DNA of 59,655 bases, the filler included, from Catajapyx aquilonaris (taxonomy: Eukaryota): assembly GCA_000934665.2 (NCBI GenBank). It is 2 parts of 2 records of this genome, joined end to end, with 100 filler letters (N's around TTAATTAATTAA, not from the genome) between each part and the next. Parts side by side here need not be neighbours in the genome. Positions count along the whole stretch, not along the records: positions 1 to 29,788 come from KZ539205.1; 1 more part is not named here. One strand, given 5' to 3'. Position numbers and translations under genes: made by a program. The notes beneath the pieces are model-generated. The model did no database searches. It saw only the letters and a program-made list of their open reading frames with translations, and had not been told where the DNA came from. Shown piece after piece: positions 1 to 13,524 of the stretch. How positions within the stretch are numbered: the stretch's first letter is position 1; each line of letters opens with the position of its first letter.

Positions 1-3000
1 GAGGTGTAAGAGGGGGATATGATCATGTGTGTATTACTTGTGGGGTTACGCGTTTGAACAATTAATATTGGGGGAAGTGGTGGGTTTATTAGGTTTTGGA
101 TGGTGGTGCCTAAATTAGCAGGAGGTTTACACTTTAGAGGTCGATTAATGTATGATGGTGTACAAAAAATTATTAGCTGCACTGCACTCTCCGGATCCTC
201 CTGAGTGTTTGTCCGATTATCGAGGGCCAATCCAGATCATTGATCTATCTTTGCCGCAGTGGGTAGGGCGCTTGAGGGTGACAAGGGTTTATCACTTATG
301 TAAGTGATTAAGGGTGTAACTACCTATTAGCATCCGGCTTGGGGAATACAGAGTGACAGAAGTGCTTATACTTGTGTGATATAACTTTTTAAATTAATAT
401 GAATCATAAAAAACCCCATTTCTGCCATATCACTATATTATAGTTTATTAAACTGCAAAATGTTATTGCCAAAATAATATAAGTTATGCTCCTCCCTTCG
501 ATTTCTCAACTTGGGGATTCTTGGCAACATGCAGGATGTCTTTAGTAGTGAACGTTATGCATATATGCCATTTGCTTCTTACCCATCAATGTTGCTTATG
601 AAAAACTGAACAATTGTTCGCACTGTACGATAAAGGTTAATATAAAAGTCCCTTGTCAGTGTTAATTCAAGAGCAAATCAATATGCAAACGACAATGATA
701 TACCAGATGGATCTAGTTTTATTGGCGAAACTACATCCTTCTGAATGATATCGTTACCTGCTGATAATCCCATTGAGACAATGATTAATGCGATTTGCTT
801 AATCTAAGCTCAAGTAAGGGGGTTTCTAGCAACTTTGATAACGCAATTGCTGTTGTACGATAGATGTCGCATCAACCATCAGCTCCAGGGGTGTCGTGAA
901 ACATCTCGAGAGTTGCAGATGGGAAGATGGGAATTACCCCCTATAGCATAATAATAACCCACAGCCAACCATAACGCTGCATCATTATTGTTGGAGTATA
1001 TAGGTGCATTATGACCAGTGAGGCCTTGATGTTGTCTTATAAAACTTTGCTAACAGCAGAAATTGACATGGTCAAGTACAGTAGTGACCACAATGCCGTC
1101 TCTTGGCTTATGCAAATGTGGCCAGGCATTACAGTGCCCAACCCTCTCCCTGAGCTGCCCTGAGCCATGATGGGCAAGGGGGCGTTAAAAGCGCCTCTCG
1201 CGGTCCAGTAGTACAACACCGAAGCCCAAAACCTGGTTTGCGCTTCTCTGCGGTGAGGAGGGGTCTGCAGTAGACAAAAATAAAATTTTGCTTTCCCCGA
1301 AGGCGAGGCGGGACTCGCCTATAGCCTTTGCTAGGGAATATATAGTTAGGTTGGGTGAAGGGGGGCGCCTGTAGGAGGAAGAGAGAGAGAAGAGGAGGGC
1401 CTGAAATCCAGTTGGCGACTCCCCAATTCCATTTAGTGCTCAAAGGCGCCGCCGCAAACGCACTTAGGGCTCTCTCTCTCTCTCTCTCTCTCCCTCCCTC
1501 CCTCCTCCCTTCCTCCCTCCTCCTGCCCTCCTTCTCTCTCTTGCTTCCCTTCCACCTAACTCCATTTCATGAAGTCTAGTCAATATCAAATCCAGCGGCC
1601 CGTCTATATATGTCCTAATTGATGATTGAGGACGTGAGGTGGTGGGTTGGAAATAGGAGGATGGGAGTGTTTCCAACCCTAGGGCGGACATTTCAAACTC
1701 TGGTGAGCATGCTGAGGAGAGCGCCTGCGTGGACATCTTGCAAGATTTATTGCGTCGGTGCGTAAAAGTACCGGTATATCATATTTTTTTAGACTTGACT
1801 TCCCTCCTCTCTGATGATTTAGCACCTCTTGATATTGAGTATTTTCACACAAAAAATTGATTTCTTACTATGAAACTACAGTAACTTTTGCAGCTAACTT
1901 TCCCGTGTGCAGACTTGCATTGTTACGTAACACACTCGGAATTAAAGAGCCCTATACAGCATACATTGACTCCTGAGCGCAGTGCTGTTACGAATCCCGA
2001 GTTCAAGGTAACACTTAGGAAGGTCAAGATCTAAAAACATTTTACTTGACCCCCAGAGCCGTCTGGGCCACCCAACTCTAATACTTGAAGAGTGGAAATG
2101 ATAAAGGGGGTAAGTGCCAAAAAAATTTTTTTTGAAATTTTCCACTAAAAGCGCTCTTTGGGCCAATACTAATACGAAACCTCCAAATGGCTCATTTGAT
2201 AGCAGGAATTCCCGAAAGGTAGCCTCCTCAGACCCGAAAGAGTTCTATTTAACGTACATGTTCTAGATTTTGTGTCTAGGTGTGATTTCGTACTGAGAAC
2301 AAAAACACATTCTACACATTTTTCAAAATTCTGCGCCATTGTTGAGTTAGAGGACTGTATTGCATGCAATACATTGGGTCTTACAACTTCTGATATAAAG
2401 TGTGGTATTGCTAGCAATACAAAATAACTTTCATATCTCAACACCTCTTATTCTGTGTGGTAAAGTGCGAAACAGTTACGGAATTTTTGACAAAGAAAAA
2501 CATTGAATTGGGTACACTTTGTACGCGAGTAAAATTTGCAGCTTTTTTCTTGCATACATGTATGTATCATACACTGTACACTCACTACTCCAGATTATCT
2601 GGGTGCGGGTTATCCGTGACTAGCGAAAAAATTCAATTAAAATTAAAGTTCGAAACAATATCAATAAGTCTCGCTAACAAAGAAATATAACATACTTTTT
2701 CTAGAGAAAAATACAAATAAAGTATAATTATGGTAAGTTTTATTATTTTGATTAAACCTTAGTTAAATCAGCATACACTATCATACAATACACGAAAACC
2801 TGTGCATAGCTCAGCAAGGAGAAGGAAGGTTATCTATTAGGTTAGGGCCGGTTGCGGGGACCGCAAGCACCTACAATTTGCTTATATGCTACCCGGACAG
2901 TGACCTCAGTTTTGACCCATCCCTTGCATTTTGACCTCGCACGACAAAGGTTGCGAAACCTTCCTCCGAGGAATTTCGTACCACTTTGGAGAAGAGGTTA

Positions 3001-3651
3001 GATACATTTCATTCTCTAGGGGAATGAAGAGAGGGCGAAAAAGTGGCATCAAGTTGCTGATGGTTGTTGCAGAGTGAGTTTAATGCAGTTAGCAGTAGTG
3101 GAATTAGTTAATTAGGGTCTGGGCGTGGGGTGGGGGGGTGGATGGCAGGGGAGGAGGTGGGAGGAGGGGGGGGGGGGTGCAGCCATGACGGGGCCCGATA
3201 ATTTCATCGTAGCTCCCCTCGGATGGAATCGGGGCATAATCCGCTGGGCTAGGCCGAGTAATAAGGAAGTGGAGAGAAAAGGGGGCTGGTTATTAGCGCC
3301 TGTTAGCGGCTGCCCCATTTCCATCTCTAGCTCTCACCAACGCCCCTTTCTTTCCACTGATCTCGCCCGCTAAATGCGACGATGGAGGGTTCGCGCCTCT
3401 GGATCGACAGGAGGTGAATGCCACTAACCTGTTATCTGCTTAACGGTTATTAATCAGCATAACAAAGTAGCCGGTCGGGGATTGGATCACATGAGAGGGA
3501 TGAAGGCGCTCTGTGTCTGTGTGTGTTTTTAATGATAGGAAGAGTTGATTGACTGGAGAGGACTGTTAGAAAAATTGTAGAAATATGCGGTCCAGATATT
3601 ATGTAAAACAAACAAACAAAATAATGTACAATGCAGTCTTACTGGTTTATA

Positions 3652-3892
3652 TCTTATACATATTTCAAGACGTATGTCTGTACGTTCCCGATGCAAATCA
3701 ACACGGAGGCATCGACATATGTCCCAGGGTGATCAATAGGGGTAGTTTTTAACGGGGAAGGTTTTAGCACATTGGACTTGACCTCCAAGGTCATTCTTGG
3801 CCGCAGGAGGCGAAAAGGTAGTCATTGTTGACGCTGTTACATCAATGAGTTACTCCTATGGAAAAGTATTTCATCGAGCAACGCCGTGCTAG
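3652..3892 (+). mobile_element. Non-autonomous Helitron-like element (degraded)
   Basis: A|TCTTATACAT...CGAGCAACGCCGTGCTAG|T, the same terminal architecture as 37206-37521. Confidence 0.6.
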
Positions 3893-4201
3893 TAAATTAT
3901 AAAAATACGTAAAACATACGGTATACACCTCTATTATGCTGTGGTGAAACGACCAGGGATTACACACTCTATACGCAGTGGGTGTCAGTTTTGCAGAAAA
4001 AATAAATTTATGAAGCCCTCCTAAGCCAATGTGGTGTCCTGCACTCTCGGACAGAATAAATTAGCTCTATTTTAGCGACTAAAATAACTGGGTTTATTTT
4101 TTTTTTTGCATGACAACGTTGTGTCAAAAAGAGAGGACTCATTTCGTATTTCTGGGAGCGGAATTGTGGGTAAGAGAAAGGGATATATACAAACGAGCTT
4201 A

Positions 4202-4444
<243 letters not shown>

Positions 4445-4700
4445 TCAAAAAATGCCATGTTGTAATGACTACTGCAGTCATTTCATTGCAGACTTCAACT
4501 GCTCTATAGGACTACAAGCCAAAACGCAGTGATTCAATGGGTTCAATTTGGTTCAATCAATGGTGACCTTGCCCGTATATTGGTAATACGAATTTAGCAT
4601 ATTGAGAAGCAGGAATTAACACTTTTGAGAAAGTAAGGTAGCCTGGTTTTGATATAATGACCTGCTTTAATATGTTTCATTTATTACAAAATGATGTTAC

Positions 4701-4792
4701 CTGCTGAAGAGTAAATGTTGTGCGATTTCGTCGCTGTTTTCGGCGTACGAAAGAATCTTCATGGATTTCAGGGTGATAAGAGTAGCTTGTAT
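4701..4792 (-). CDS. Drgx: Drgx coding exon 2 (N-terminal arm of the homeodomain)
   Basis: catttcag|AT ACA AGC...CAG CAG|gtaaca encodes (Y)TSYSYHPEIHEDSFVRRKQRRNRTTFTLQQ. Phase 1 in, phase 0 out; it joins both neighbouring exons in frame. This frame is absent from the ORF track. Confidence 0.95.
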
Positions 4793-6621
4793 CTGAAATG
4801 AGACAACATAAGCTGTTATTTTTTTTAAAAAAGTTGTACATGTGACATAGCTTTTTTGAAAATAAGTTATGTTATTTTTCATTGCTGTATATGCTAGTAG
4901 GCTATAACACGATTTGGATTAAAAGTGGCCAAGTTGTTTACATGGTGCCAGCTATGTTTTCGTTTTTTTCCCCAAGTTCTTCACACCTACAAAAACATGG
5001 CGTCTTACAGGCGCCAGGGTTACAATTTTCTAGTAAAGGGTAACTGTTGGGGGAGGGATGGGTATAACATATAAAAGGGGGAGTGGCGGAGTGGCAACGA
5101 TCGATTCAAGTGTGAAGAGTGCTTTTGCTGCGATTCCCCGTCCTAATGGACGCCCAGGATTTGCGCCCCCTATTCTCCACACGGGAATCTGGAAACTTCC
5201 CCGGCCATATTGCCTTTCCTATTCGGTGCTTCGTCCTGCCAACGCCTAAATTCATATGGCCCTCCCTAGAAAAATTGAGTCAATAATAGGTAGGGTCAGT
5301 CGGGGTTCTGGCTTCAAAGGGCCCTAGGGGATTATTAAAAATGGGCCCACCCGCCTTGCAATATTAATGTTTCATCCGGGTAATTCGGACGCCACGTTTG
5401 TGACGTCACGGAACCTTTTTCCCGCCTCGCCACTTTGGGGCCCTTGTGTGGATGTAGGTTCGCCTCTAGAAATGTCACTCCGTGGCCAAATCAGTCCGCA
5501 GATGTGGCGTGACACATGAAAAATGGTTCTGGTGGTGTTTAATGACTTAGTGGTCAAATCTGAGGCGGTTTTCAAAAAAGCTGCTTGATTGCAACATGGG
5601 GGGAAGGGCGGATAAGGCGCCAGGTTCAGTTAAGGGAGGAGGGAGTAACACTGCGCAATTATTCCGTTTAGTGCTGGGAATTTTGGTTAATTCGAGGTGA
5701 ATGTCACATTCGAAAACATTATCATTATTCTCAATTTTGGAGGGTGCTGGGGAAAATGCTTTTCCTCTGTAAATGCTTGCACTGTTTGTAAGCTGTTTTA
5801 ATGTGTCTAGTCCTTTGAGCGGCTCTAACTTCCTACAAGTTGTGGTTTGATTCCTTGTGAGGAGATTTTATTTGTTCGCAGGTTATGCAGTATTCTTATT
5901 ACACCCACTTGTGTGGATTTACGCAACTATTATATGATTTTTTCCACTTCGACTAGTGAATGTGCCAATCTGAATTTGGAGAAATAGTGGAAGATGCATG
6001 GAAATTATAGTTCAGACTTTTTATGAAAAGCTGAATACATCCAATTAAGTTAAATATATATTATTGTTATCACTTATAGGCAGGCTTTATACTTATGTGA
6101 TACTGTACTCACTTTGGAGTATTAACCAATTACGATGAAGTAAGTTATATGAACTCTAAATATTGAATAAATCGTCGTAATTATCTATGCGTGCTAAAAA
6201 TTAGACATTAGGATCTCTGCTCGTATGTAATGATTGTAGAAGTTATAAGTACGAATTCACATGTTTTATACTAATTCCGTAAATTTTTCATACACTGGCA
6301 TGAGTTTGTAATATATACATATCAGTTGCTGCACGATTTTGAATTGGCTCTGGAAGAGTCCGTTTCAGTTAGCGAATTATTTTTCACTGGGTCTGCTTAT
6401 TTGAAGCAGTTATTTCGAAATGGTCACTTGACGTGATTATTATCAAAGATGTGCAATGTTCATATTAGGAAATATGGAATCACCCATGGAGCTACAAAAA
6501 CCCTGAATTACAATAATTTTCGACTGAGAATAGCCATTTGGAAAGGTAGACTAGAATCCCCTGGCCTGAGGAATACCTCTAGGTAACAAATTTTTCGCTA
6601 TCGCTTAAAAGGTGCATAATA

Positions 6622-6671
6622 CAATAATAATAATTCATACCCCGTTATCAGCCATCGGCTCTTTAGGGGGG
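6622..6671 (-). mobile_element. 50-bp retroposed 3'-tail-only insertion
   Basis: 12-bp TSD aggtgcataata (6610-6621, 6672-6683). The content matches the family-A SINE tail plus (TTA)n. Confidence 0.8.
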
Positions 6672-6699
6672 AGGTGCATAATATAGGTTATATATTTTA

Positions 6700-7035
6700 G
6701 TTTACCCCGTGATGACCGTTACTGGCTCTGTAGGGGGGGGGGTGGAAAAGGGGGTGGCACACCACCATCAGTTTTCTATTTACGAGTAGTTTTTCCACTT
6801 CAGTCTCCGGTGCACTGAAGGAATCAAGGATATTGGGAATGGGGAGGGAACGTGGGTACAAGTGCATTGTCTCAATTGCGGGTCATGTGCTGTTCCCCAG
6901 GAGGTTAGGTTGCCAGACACCTCCAAGGCGCGGGTCAGAGACCCGCCCGACGCAGGTGAAAGGGAACTCCCAGGCGGCGATCGAACCTGGGACCTTTCAC
7001 TCAGCAAACCGAGACGTTACCATCTCGGCCACCAT
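6700..7035 (-). mobile_element. tRNA-derived SINE family B
   Basis: B-box-like ggttcgatcgcc on the minus strand. The body is homologous to 54305-54460. Confidence 0.82.
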
Positions 7036-7730
7036 GAAATTTTTAATTATATTGCGATTTCCTTCAGCGTAGCCCACAGTCGCCGAGACGATGGGAGTGC
7101 CGTAGGCTGTATATCTTCCACAGGCATAGTATGTACTTTGACCAATTATAATTTTCTTATTAACAACCACGCCTTCAAACAGTGTGAGCTTCCATCTAGT
7201 AGCGAGGAATTTGCCTGAATCATTAGGAAACACTATCAACAGTAGACACAGAACGCTTTAACCAGATTTGCATGGTAATTGGATTAATTTTATTAACCTG
7301 TGTATCAATGATTAACAAATAAATAATTAATTGTGAAAACCAGGATATGCGGTTAATTTAGCATGTATCTAGTTTCACCTGTCATTCAACTATCTCTCTC
7401 CACAACCATACCCAAATCAAGCAATGGCTGACAATCTTCTTGCAGATCATGCCAAATGATATGCCAAACGTCAAGAATGACCAAACGCCATGGCAGAACT
7501 CATCAGCTGCCATGCTAATGAGGCTCACCCATGTCAGGAATGATTCCTCCTGCAGAAGAAGTCATATGTTAAGTCGTTGGAAATGAGGCTTCCCCATGCT
7601 GAGCTCCAAGGCGCGTGAGTGTTTTGAGGTCCCCAAGCCCCAGTTGCGGCAAATGTGGGCTGTGGCGCCATCATTGGGAGGATGGGTGGGTGGGTGGGTG
7701 CCTGATTGGGGAGGGAGGCCAAACTCAATC

Positions 7731-7732
<2 letters not shown>

Positions 7733-7777
<45 letters not shown>
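7733..7777 (+). repeat. (GA)n microsatellite; (CT)n also at about 1470-1492
   Basis: Visible by direct inspection. Both lie inside GC-rich islands and could be GAGA-type elements. Confidence 0.9.
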
Positions 7778-7783
<6 letters not shown>

Positions 7784-10700
7784 AGATAATGGCCTTATGA
7801 AAAAGAGCGGGTCCTCTGGAGACCTCTCCTTCCGCGCGCTTCCAGATGAAATTAGCGCCATTAAGGCTTGATCCCGCCGCCAATCCCCACCCGCCATATT
7901 TCCTTTTTTAATGGATTGAGTTATGACAAGAGGGAGAGAAAGAGTAAGCAGGGATGGGGAGAGGGGGAGGGCGGGGATCAGCATCCTGCCCTGGCTCATT
8001 TCATCAGAGCCAAACTTTTTTTTAGGGATGTTACAAGGAGGGTTGGTTCAACTGGAAGTGGCAGGCAGGAAGGTGACAGCGATAGAATATGTTTGTCTGA
8101 AACTTTTCTTGGTAACATGTTGAACTCTGGTACAGGCATGGTACATGGGGGCAATTGCCTGATGCCTCCTTCCTCGTCTTAACACATTTATGGATAAGCC
8201 TCAGGGAAGAGCATGATGGGAAACAACGTTAGTAATACACACTGTGGTCAGAAGTAACTTGAGCAGAACAAAATGATCACCTTTTATTGCGTTACTCTGC
8301 CAATGTAATTTTAATCGTGTAGTGGCATCAGTGTTGCATCACATTGTATTCCCAAGGGCCTGCCCTCGCAAACGACATAGTGCGGGGGACCCTGCGATTG
8401 GTTCATTGACAAAAACATTCATTGGGGCAATATGTGAGCAACATCTGCTTGTGTCGCTAAGGCCTACTGACAATTTGGTTTGGTATTATGCGTAACATCA
8501 CAAAAGTCTCCAGGGATTTGACGCGTGATATAATTAGGTGCAAAGATATACATTTCAATGATGTGGGTAAAGTACAAGTACGCGTAGTTGCCAAAATTGA
8601 AGGTTAGTTGAGAGGAGCTTTCGAGGAAAGTAGCGTTCACGAAATTCTTATATCGGTACGGATACTGTGAGCTATAACTTACGCGTATGAGACACCGAGG
8701 AATTTTTATAATGTACTGTATACAGGAGAAAGATAGGATCTTCCTTATTCACGATGGGCACCAGGTATATTCACCCCGATAATTAACTTATTGTCCGGTT
8801 TGTGTGACAGCCAACAAGTGGGATTTTGGGCCTGTTCTACAGTGTGCTATAGGCATTATTATATGCTGCCTGTTTGAATTATGTGGTTTGTTGTAATGTT
8901 ACTGCATGAATTGAAATTACTGCGTGAAATAATCACCTTATGGAGTGACACATAACCGCAGGTGGTCTTCTGCTACTAGCATATTAATTAACCAAGAGCC
9001 GCCAGTTTTCCTGATTTTTATAAGTTTTGTTTATGCAGCCTAAACGAGGGATGAAGAATCAAAGGCACGCGTTTTAATATCATCAAAGCTGGAACAAGTC
9101 CCTGCGGATTTATTATTTTAATTTTCTGAATTGGGATGGGAAATATGACATGCAGCACCCCTGTACAGTGTAACCACAATTATCGGCCTGATAATCTGGA
9201 ACGTTGTCATGTAATTATTTTGTTAACCAATAGAGTTTTTACAAACGTGGAGAGGAACTTTCATTATCAATACTTCAATACATATAGTTGGCACATGCCA
9301 TGTTCGCAGCCCTATAATAAGCAGCAATACTGTACAGACTCTGAATGCTTTTTCTCTCGAAACCCATCATCTTAGAAGATTGGTATAACCAGAACTTCCC
9401 CATTAAAAATTCAAATTCCACCCCCCTAAACGTGATCCGTACTGCTTTAAAAAAGTGAAGCCATCAGAACGAGTCAAGTGAAATCCTGTATCGGGATGAA
9501 ATCGAAATTCTGACAGACGTCCAAGAGGAGCTTTCTTCGGCATTTTAACCGCGTCTAATTAATCCTACCCCACAACCCTCTGGCAGGAATAAATGCAGGG
9601 GGCGAAAGGTGAAGTGGGTGGGTGGGTGGGTAGGATTTCTCCATTCCCCACCCCACCATTCATCGCCATCAGAGGGGAGGATTATGGGTAGTTGGGAAAA
9701 GGGCCCTCCCCGGAACTCCTCCGGGACGCCTTTTCCTAATGGGCCTTTTGGAGTTTGGGCTTGATTCCCCCCAACGCTCTTCATCACGTCTCTTTGCCTT
9801 TCCATTCTCCCTGCAAAACGTGTCTATCTACTTTGTGTATACACGGGCCAATCAGCGGCCCCACAATGGACGCACTCGGAGGGACCCTGGGGGAAGGTGG
9901 GGGGGATGGAGAGGTGGAATATTTTTTTAAAAAAGAGTAGAGGGAGAGGGGGAAAAAAGAGGGGTTTGTAAATATGTGGCGATTCGACATCGCTGGAATT
10001 GAAGAATTAATCGGCGTAATTAGATCCGGTGGCAGTTGTCGGCCGTAAAATATAGGACATGTCAAAATAGGGTCTAGTAAAAACCGCAGGATTTGAATAG
10101 TGGGATTTTTTTTCATGACTTGCAGGATGCACCTTTGGGAATATGGCTTTGAAGTATTCTATTGTGAGTTTAATGTTGCATGCGGGACACTATAGAAGGT
10201 CCTAAATACCCCCGCGTTTTTGTTCAGGTTGTTGAAGGAAGAATGCACGATACTGTATCTAGCCACACTACAAAATAATACATTTCCCATATGGTGTAGA
10301 ACATGGTGTATAGTGTTGCTATATACGATCGTACATGTATATACAAAAATGTAGTCGAGCCACATAGTGTCAACAATGCAGCATTTTAAAATTCCACAAT
10401 CTCAAGTTTCAAGGAAGGAAAGAAACTGATGGAGCCGAATATACGCACTGGTAATTTTCTTCCTAAACTGTGCATAAGAATTTCACCATGTACCGATGTA
10501 CGTGACAGAAAACATTTATACAGACAAAGCGAATATAAGGTATGGACATACATTTGTGATGAAACAGTAATTTGTTAAATAAATTACACCATATGCCTTT
10601 CTGTAGATTTATTGACTAGTTGTGTATAATTGGCCTTCAGATGTCATATTTACACGCAAACTTGTAATAATTCCGAGTGAACTTGTGGTTATTATTGTCG

Positions 10701-13433
10701 GTTATAACGATTTCTTGCCTTATATTACGGGAGAATGACAAGCGATATTGGCTGGAAGCTGATTTGGCTATAAACATGACAATTTAAAAGCGGATTATCT
10801 TCAGATTACTGCAACGAAATCTGAAGGGAGAGAAGGCACTTTCTCGATTCAACCATGTTAACAATTTATATCAACTCGTAACCTACAGATTAGCCTGACA
10901 CAATCAGGATCCTTAGTTGGGTTATTGACATTACCGATTTCAATGCATTTTTGGAAGGGCAAATTCTATGGAAATCAATTCACTTGCATGTAGTATGATG
11001 TAAATATTATTATTTTATGCATTGTTTTTATTAGATGTCATTATAGACCCGCATTTTCGGACTGTTTCACATGTATGGGCACTAAGTATCAAATCGTTAG
11101 TCAGCATCTAGCAGTACAGTATACACTAACTACATGAATTATGAAATATAAGTGCACTTTTCAGAGAAGAGGAAGGGGGGAAGCGTCAAAAATGAGTAAA
11201 AAACAGTATCTACTAGTGCATGAAAGCAAAACAGTTTTTAGACATTGACTTAGAGTCCTATAACTCAAAGTAGTGAATTTTATTGAGACTTTATAAATGA
11301 GTTACTGTAATGCACTGTTTCTTAACTGCTGGCGCAATACTTCTATGGAATTTTGAAAGTACAGTGTTAATAATACGGCCCATTTCATCTCCCAATTTCC
11401 ATCATGTGCCTTGGATGTTTTCTGTATCCACTTCCGCCTTATACAAACGTTATATCAAACCTGACTGTTTTATTCCATCCAACGAACCAATCTAAGGCCA
11501 AAAAATCCCCCTTGTCCATCACAATCACCCGTAACAACCTTGAAAAATCTCACAACGACAGCTACAAATGCCGATCTTGCGCGGTCCGCCATGTTGAAAA
11601 ATCAGACATTCCCGGATGACAACTTTACGATTGGCTGTTGCGGTAAAGAGAAGCTGGTGGGGTTGAAGGGGAAGGGAGGCCAAGAAAATGGGAAAAAAGG
11701 GAGGGGGGGGGTATGAGGGAAGGAGAGGGGGAGTTTTTGACAGCACCTAATCCTCTCCGGCGCTGGCTTTTTCTGGATTCCGCAGACAAATCCGGGCGCG
11801 CTCTTTTTCCCGCCGCAAATTGGCGCGGGCAGCAGCTCATCCTCTTGGGCGTCCCCGGTCGTCCTGGGCGCCCCCTCTCCCCCTTACTTCTCTCCCCTTC
11901 TACCAAACCCCCCTAACTTGTACCCCCTCATTCCCATCAATTCGATTGGCTTCGATTCCCACTTGCAAATGGAGCGAGAGGAGGAAGAAAAATATATCCC
12001 TCTCAGATCCCACTTGGAAAGAGACATTTGTCCCAATAGGGCCGCATTGACAGGGATCCAAGAGCCTGATGTGGTACGTCAAGTCTGCAGGTCACGTCGG
12101 AAATCAAGAGGTCAGTTTGTTATACTGATACTTATGTATAGATCTGTTATTGTTACACAGCCAAAAACGTGGGTGGTTTTTAAAGAGAAATGGCAGAACA
12201 TTGTGAAACACCCTGTTGGGGTTATAGTGGGGCGCCAGACGACCTCTGATTTTTATTACCATATAATTGGGAGGGTAGTAGATATGGGAAGTGCAGTTTA
12301 GAGTGTCGGATGGTGGTCAGTCATCACGGCCAAATATTAGTCTATGAACTACAGTATTTTTGTTATAAGATCGTATAGGATAGCCACTTTAACAAATATT
12401 TGCCCATACATATAACTTACAGTCTCTTTCTCTGAGCTTGTTAACAGAAATACCCAGATTGGAATCCAAATCAAAACGTCCATAACGAAGTGACTCAAAT
12501 AGAGGAATTAGAGGCCTGTAAACCAGGTGATAATCACATTATGTCATTAAGAGACGTTAGGTTGGACCCCTCCCATTTTCCTCCCACCGCCCCCTCCGGT
12601 GTATACATGTGTTTCCCTTCCCCCCCNCCCCCCCCCTCCAGCTTCTCCCTTTTCGCCCCTTCCCCTCTCTAAAATGTGAGGAGAGCGGAAGAGAAGAGAA
12701 ACAGAGTTGGAAGTTTGGAGGAGCAATTGGGCTAATTAGATCCGGGCCTCCGGATTCCGTTTCCGGTGAGGAGTTCTCGGGTCAAAGTTTACTCCCAATT
12801 TGCTACATCCGACGGCTTTAATTAACAGATAGAATATACTTGTGCTCTGTACATTGCCGTGATTTTATTTTATATATAAGGTGTACTGTACGTTAAAGGA
12901 CATTTACCACTGAGTCATATTTCTCATGAATATTTCATGTTTTTTCATATGTTTTGTGAAATTATCATGAAGTTGACCCCAGCGAGAGCGGTTGTTCACA
13001 ATTAAATTATGTCACAGATAATAAAAATTCATGGTGGCAACAGTTTTTTTAAACACACCGTTCCTGTTACATAAGTGGAAATAACTCAGAACCCCGTATT
13101 TTCATTATAAAGCGGGGTTCACACTAGCTGACGGCAGCATACGAAACTAACGAAACGGAATAGTGGACCAATTAGAGCCACTGCATATGACTGTAGTAAC
13201 GCTTCGGTACAGACAGGGTGTGTCAAGTGAAAACGAGAAAAGTTGAATAATTCCTTCATTTACCGGCCGTTTGTGGTGTTGTGGTATTGTTTGAGATGAA
13301 TAGTTGATGCGAACTCACATTGGCAGATATACCGTATTTTATTCGTACGCCCTGGGATGTACTGAACACATGTCTTTTGAACGGCCCCGTGTGTTTACCC
13401 TTGGCGCATGCTCAAAATACTGCCTGTACTCAC

Positions 13434-13524
13434 ATGGATGAGTGGATGCAAATGGATAGTCCAGAGACGCCAGTCTGGGAGCCGAAGACGGGTGCAAAGA
13501 TGGCGGGCAGTGGTAGCAAAACAT
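13434..13524 (-). CDS. Drgx: Drgx coding exon 1 (start codon)
   Basis: Encodes MFCYHCPPSLHPSSAPRLASLDYPFASTHP plus T|gtgagt. It resembles the DRGX N-terminus MFYFHCPP, and T+AT gives Tyr in frame with exon 2. A strong acceptor (ccattttcaactttctgttcctcag) suggests the exon begins at 13575. Confidence 0.92.

Noticed and set aside
1..345. Possible LINE ORF2 C-terminal remnant on the minus strand (INDLDWPSII...RR)
   Set aside because: Too short and degenerate to support without a search.
7534..7728. ORF ending DFFCRRNHS as a possible homeodomain N-terminal arm exon
   Set aside because: The true RRKQRRNRTTF exon is at 4701-4792 with proper splice sites.
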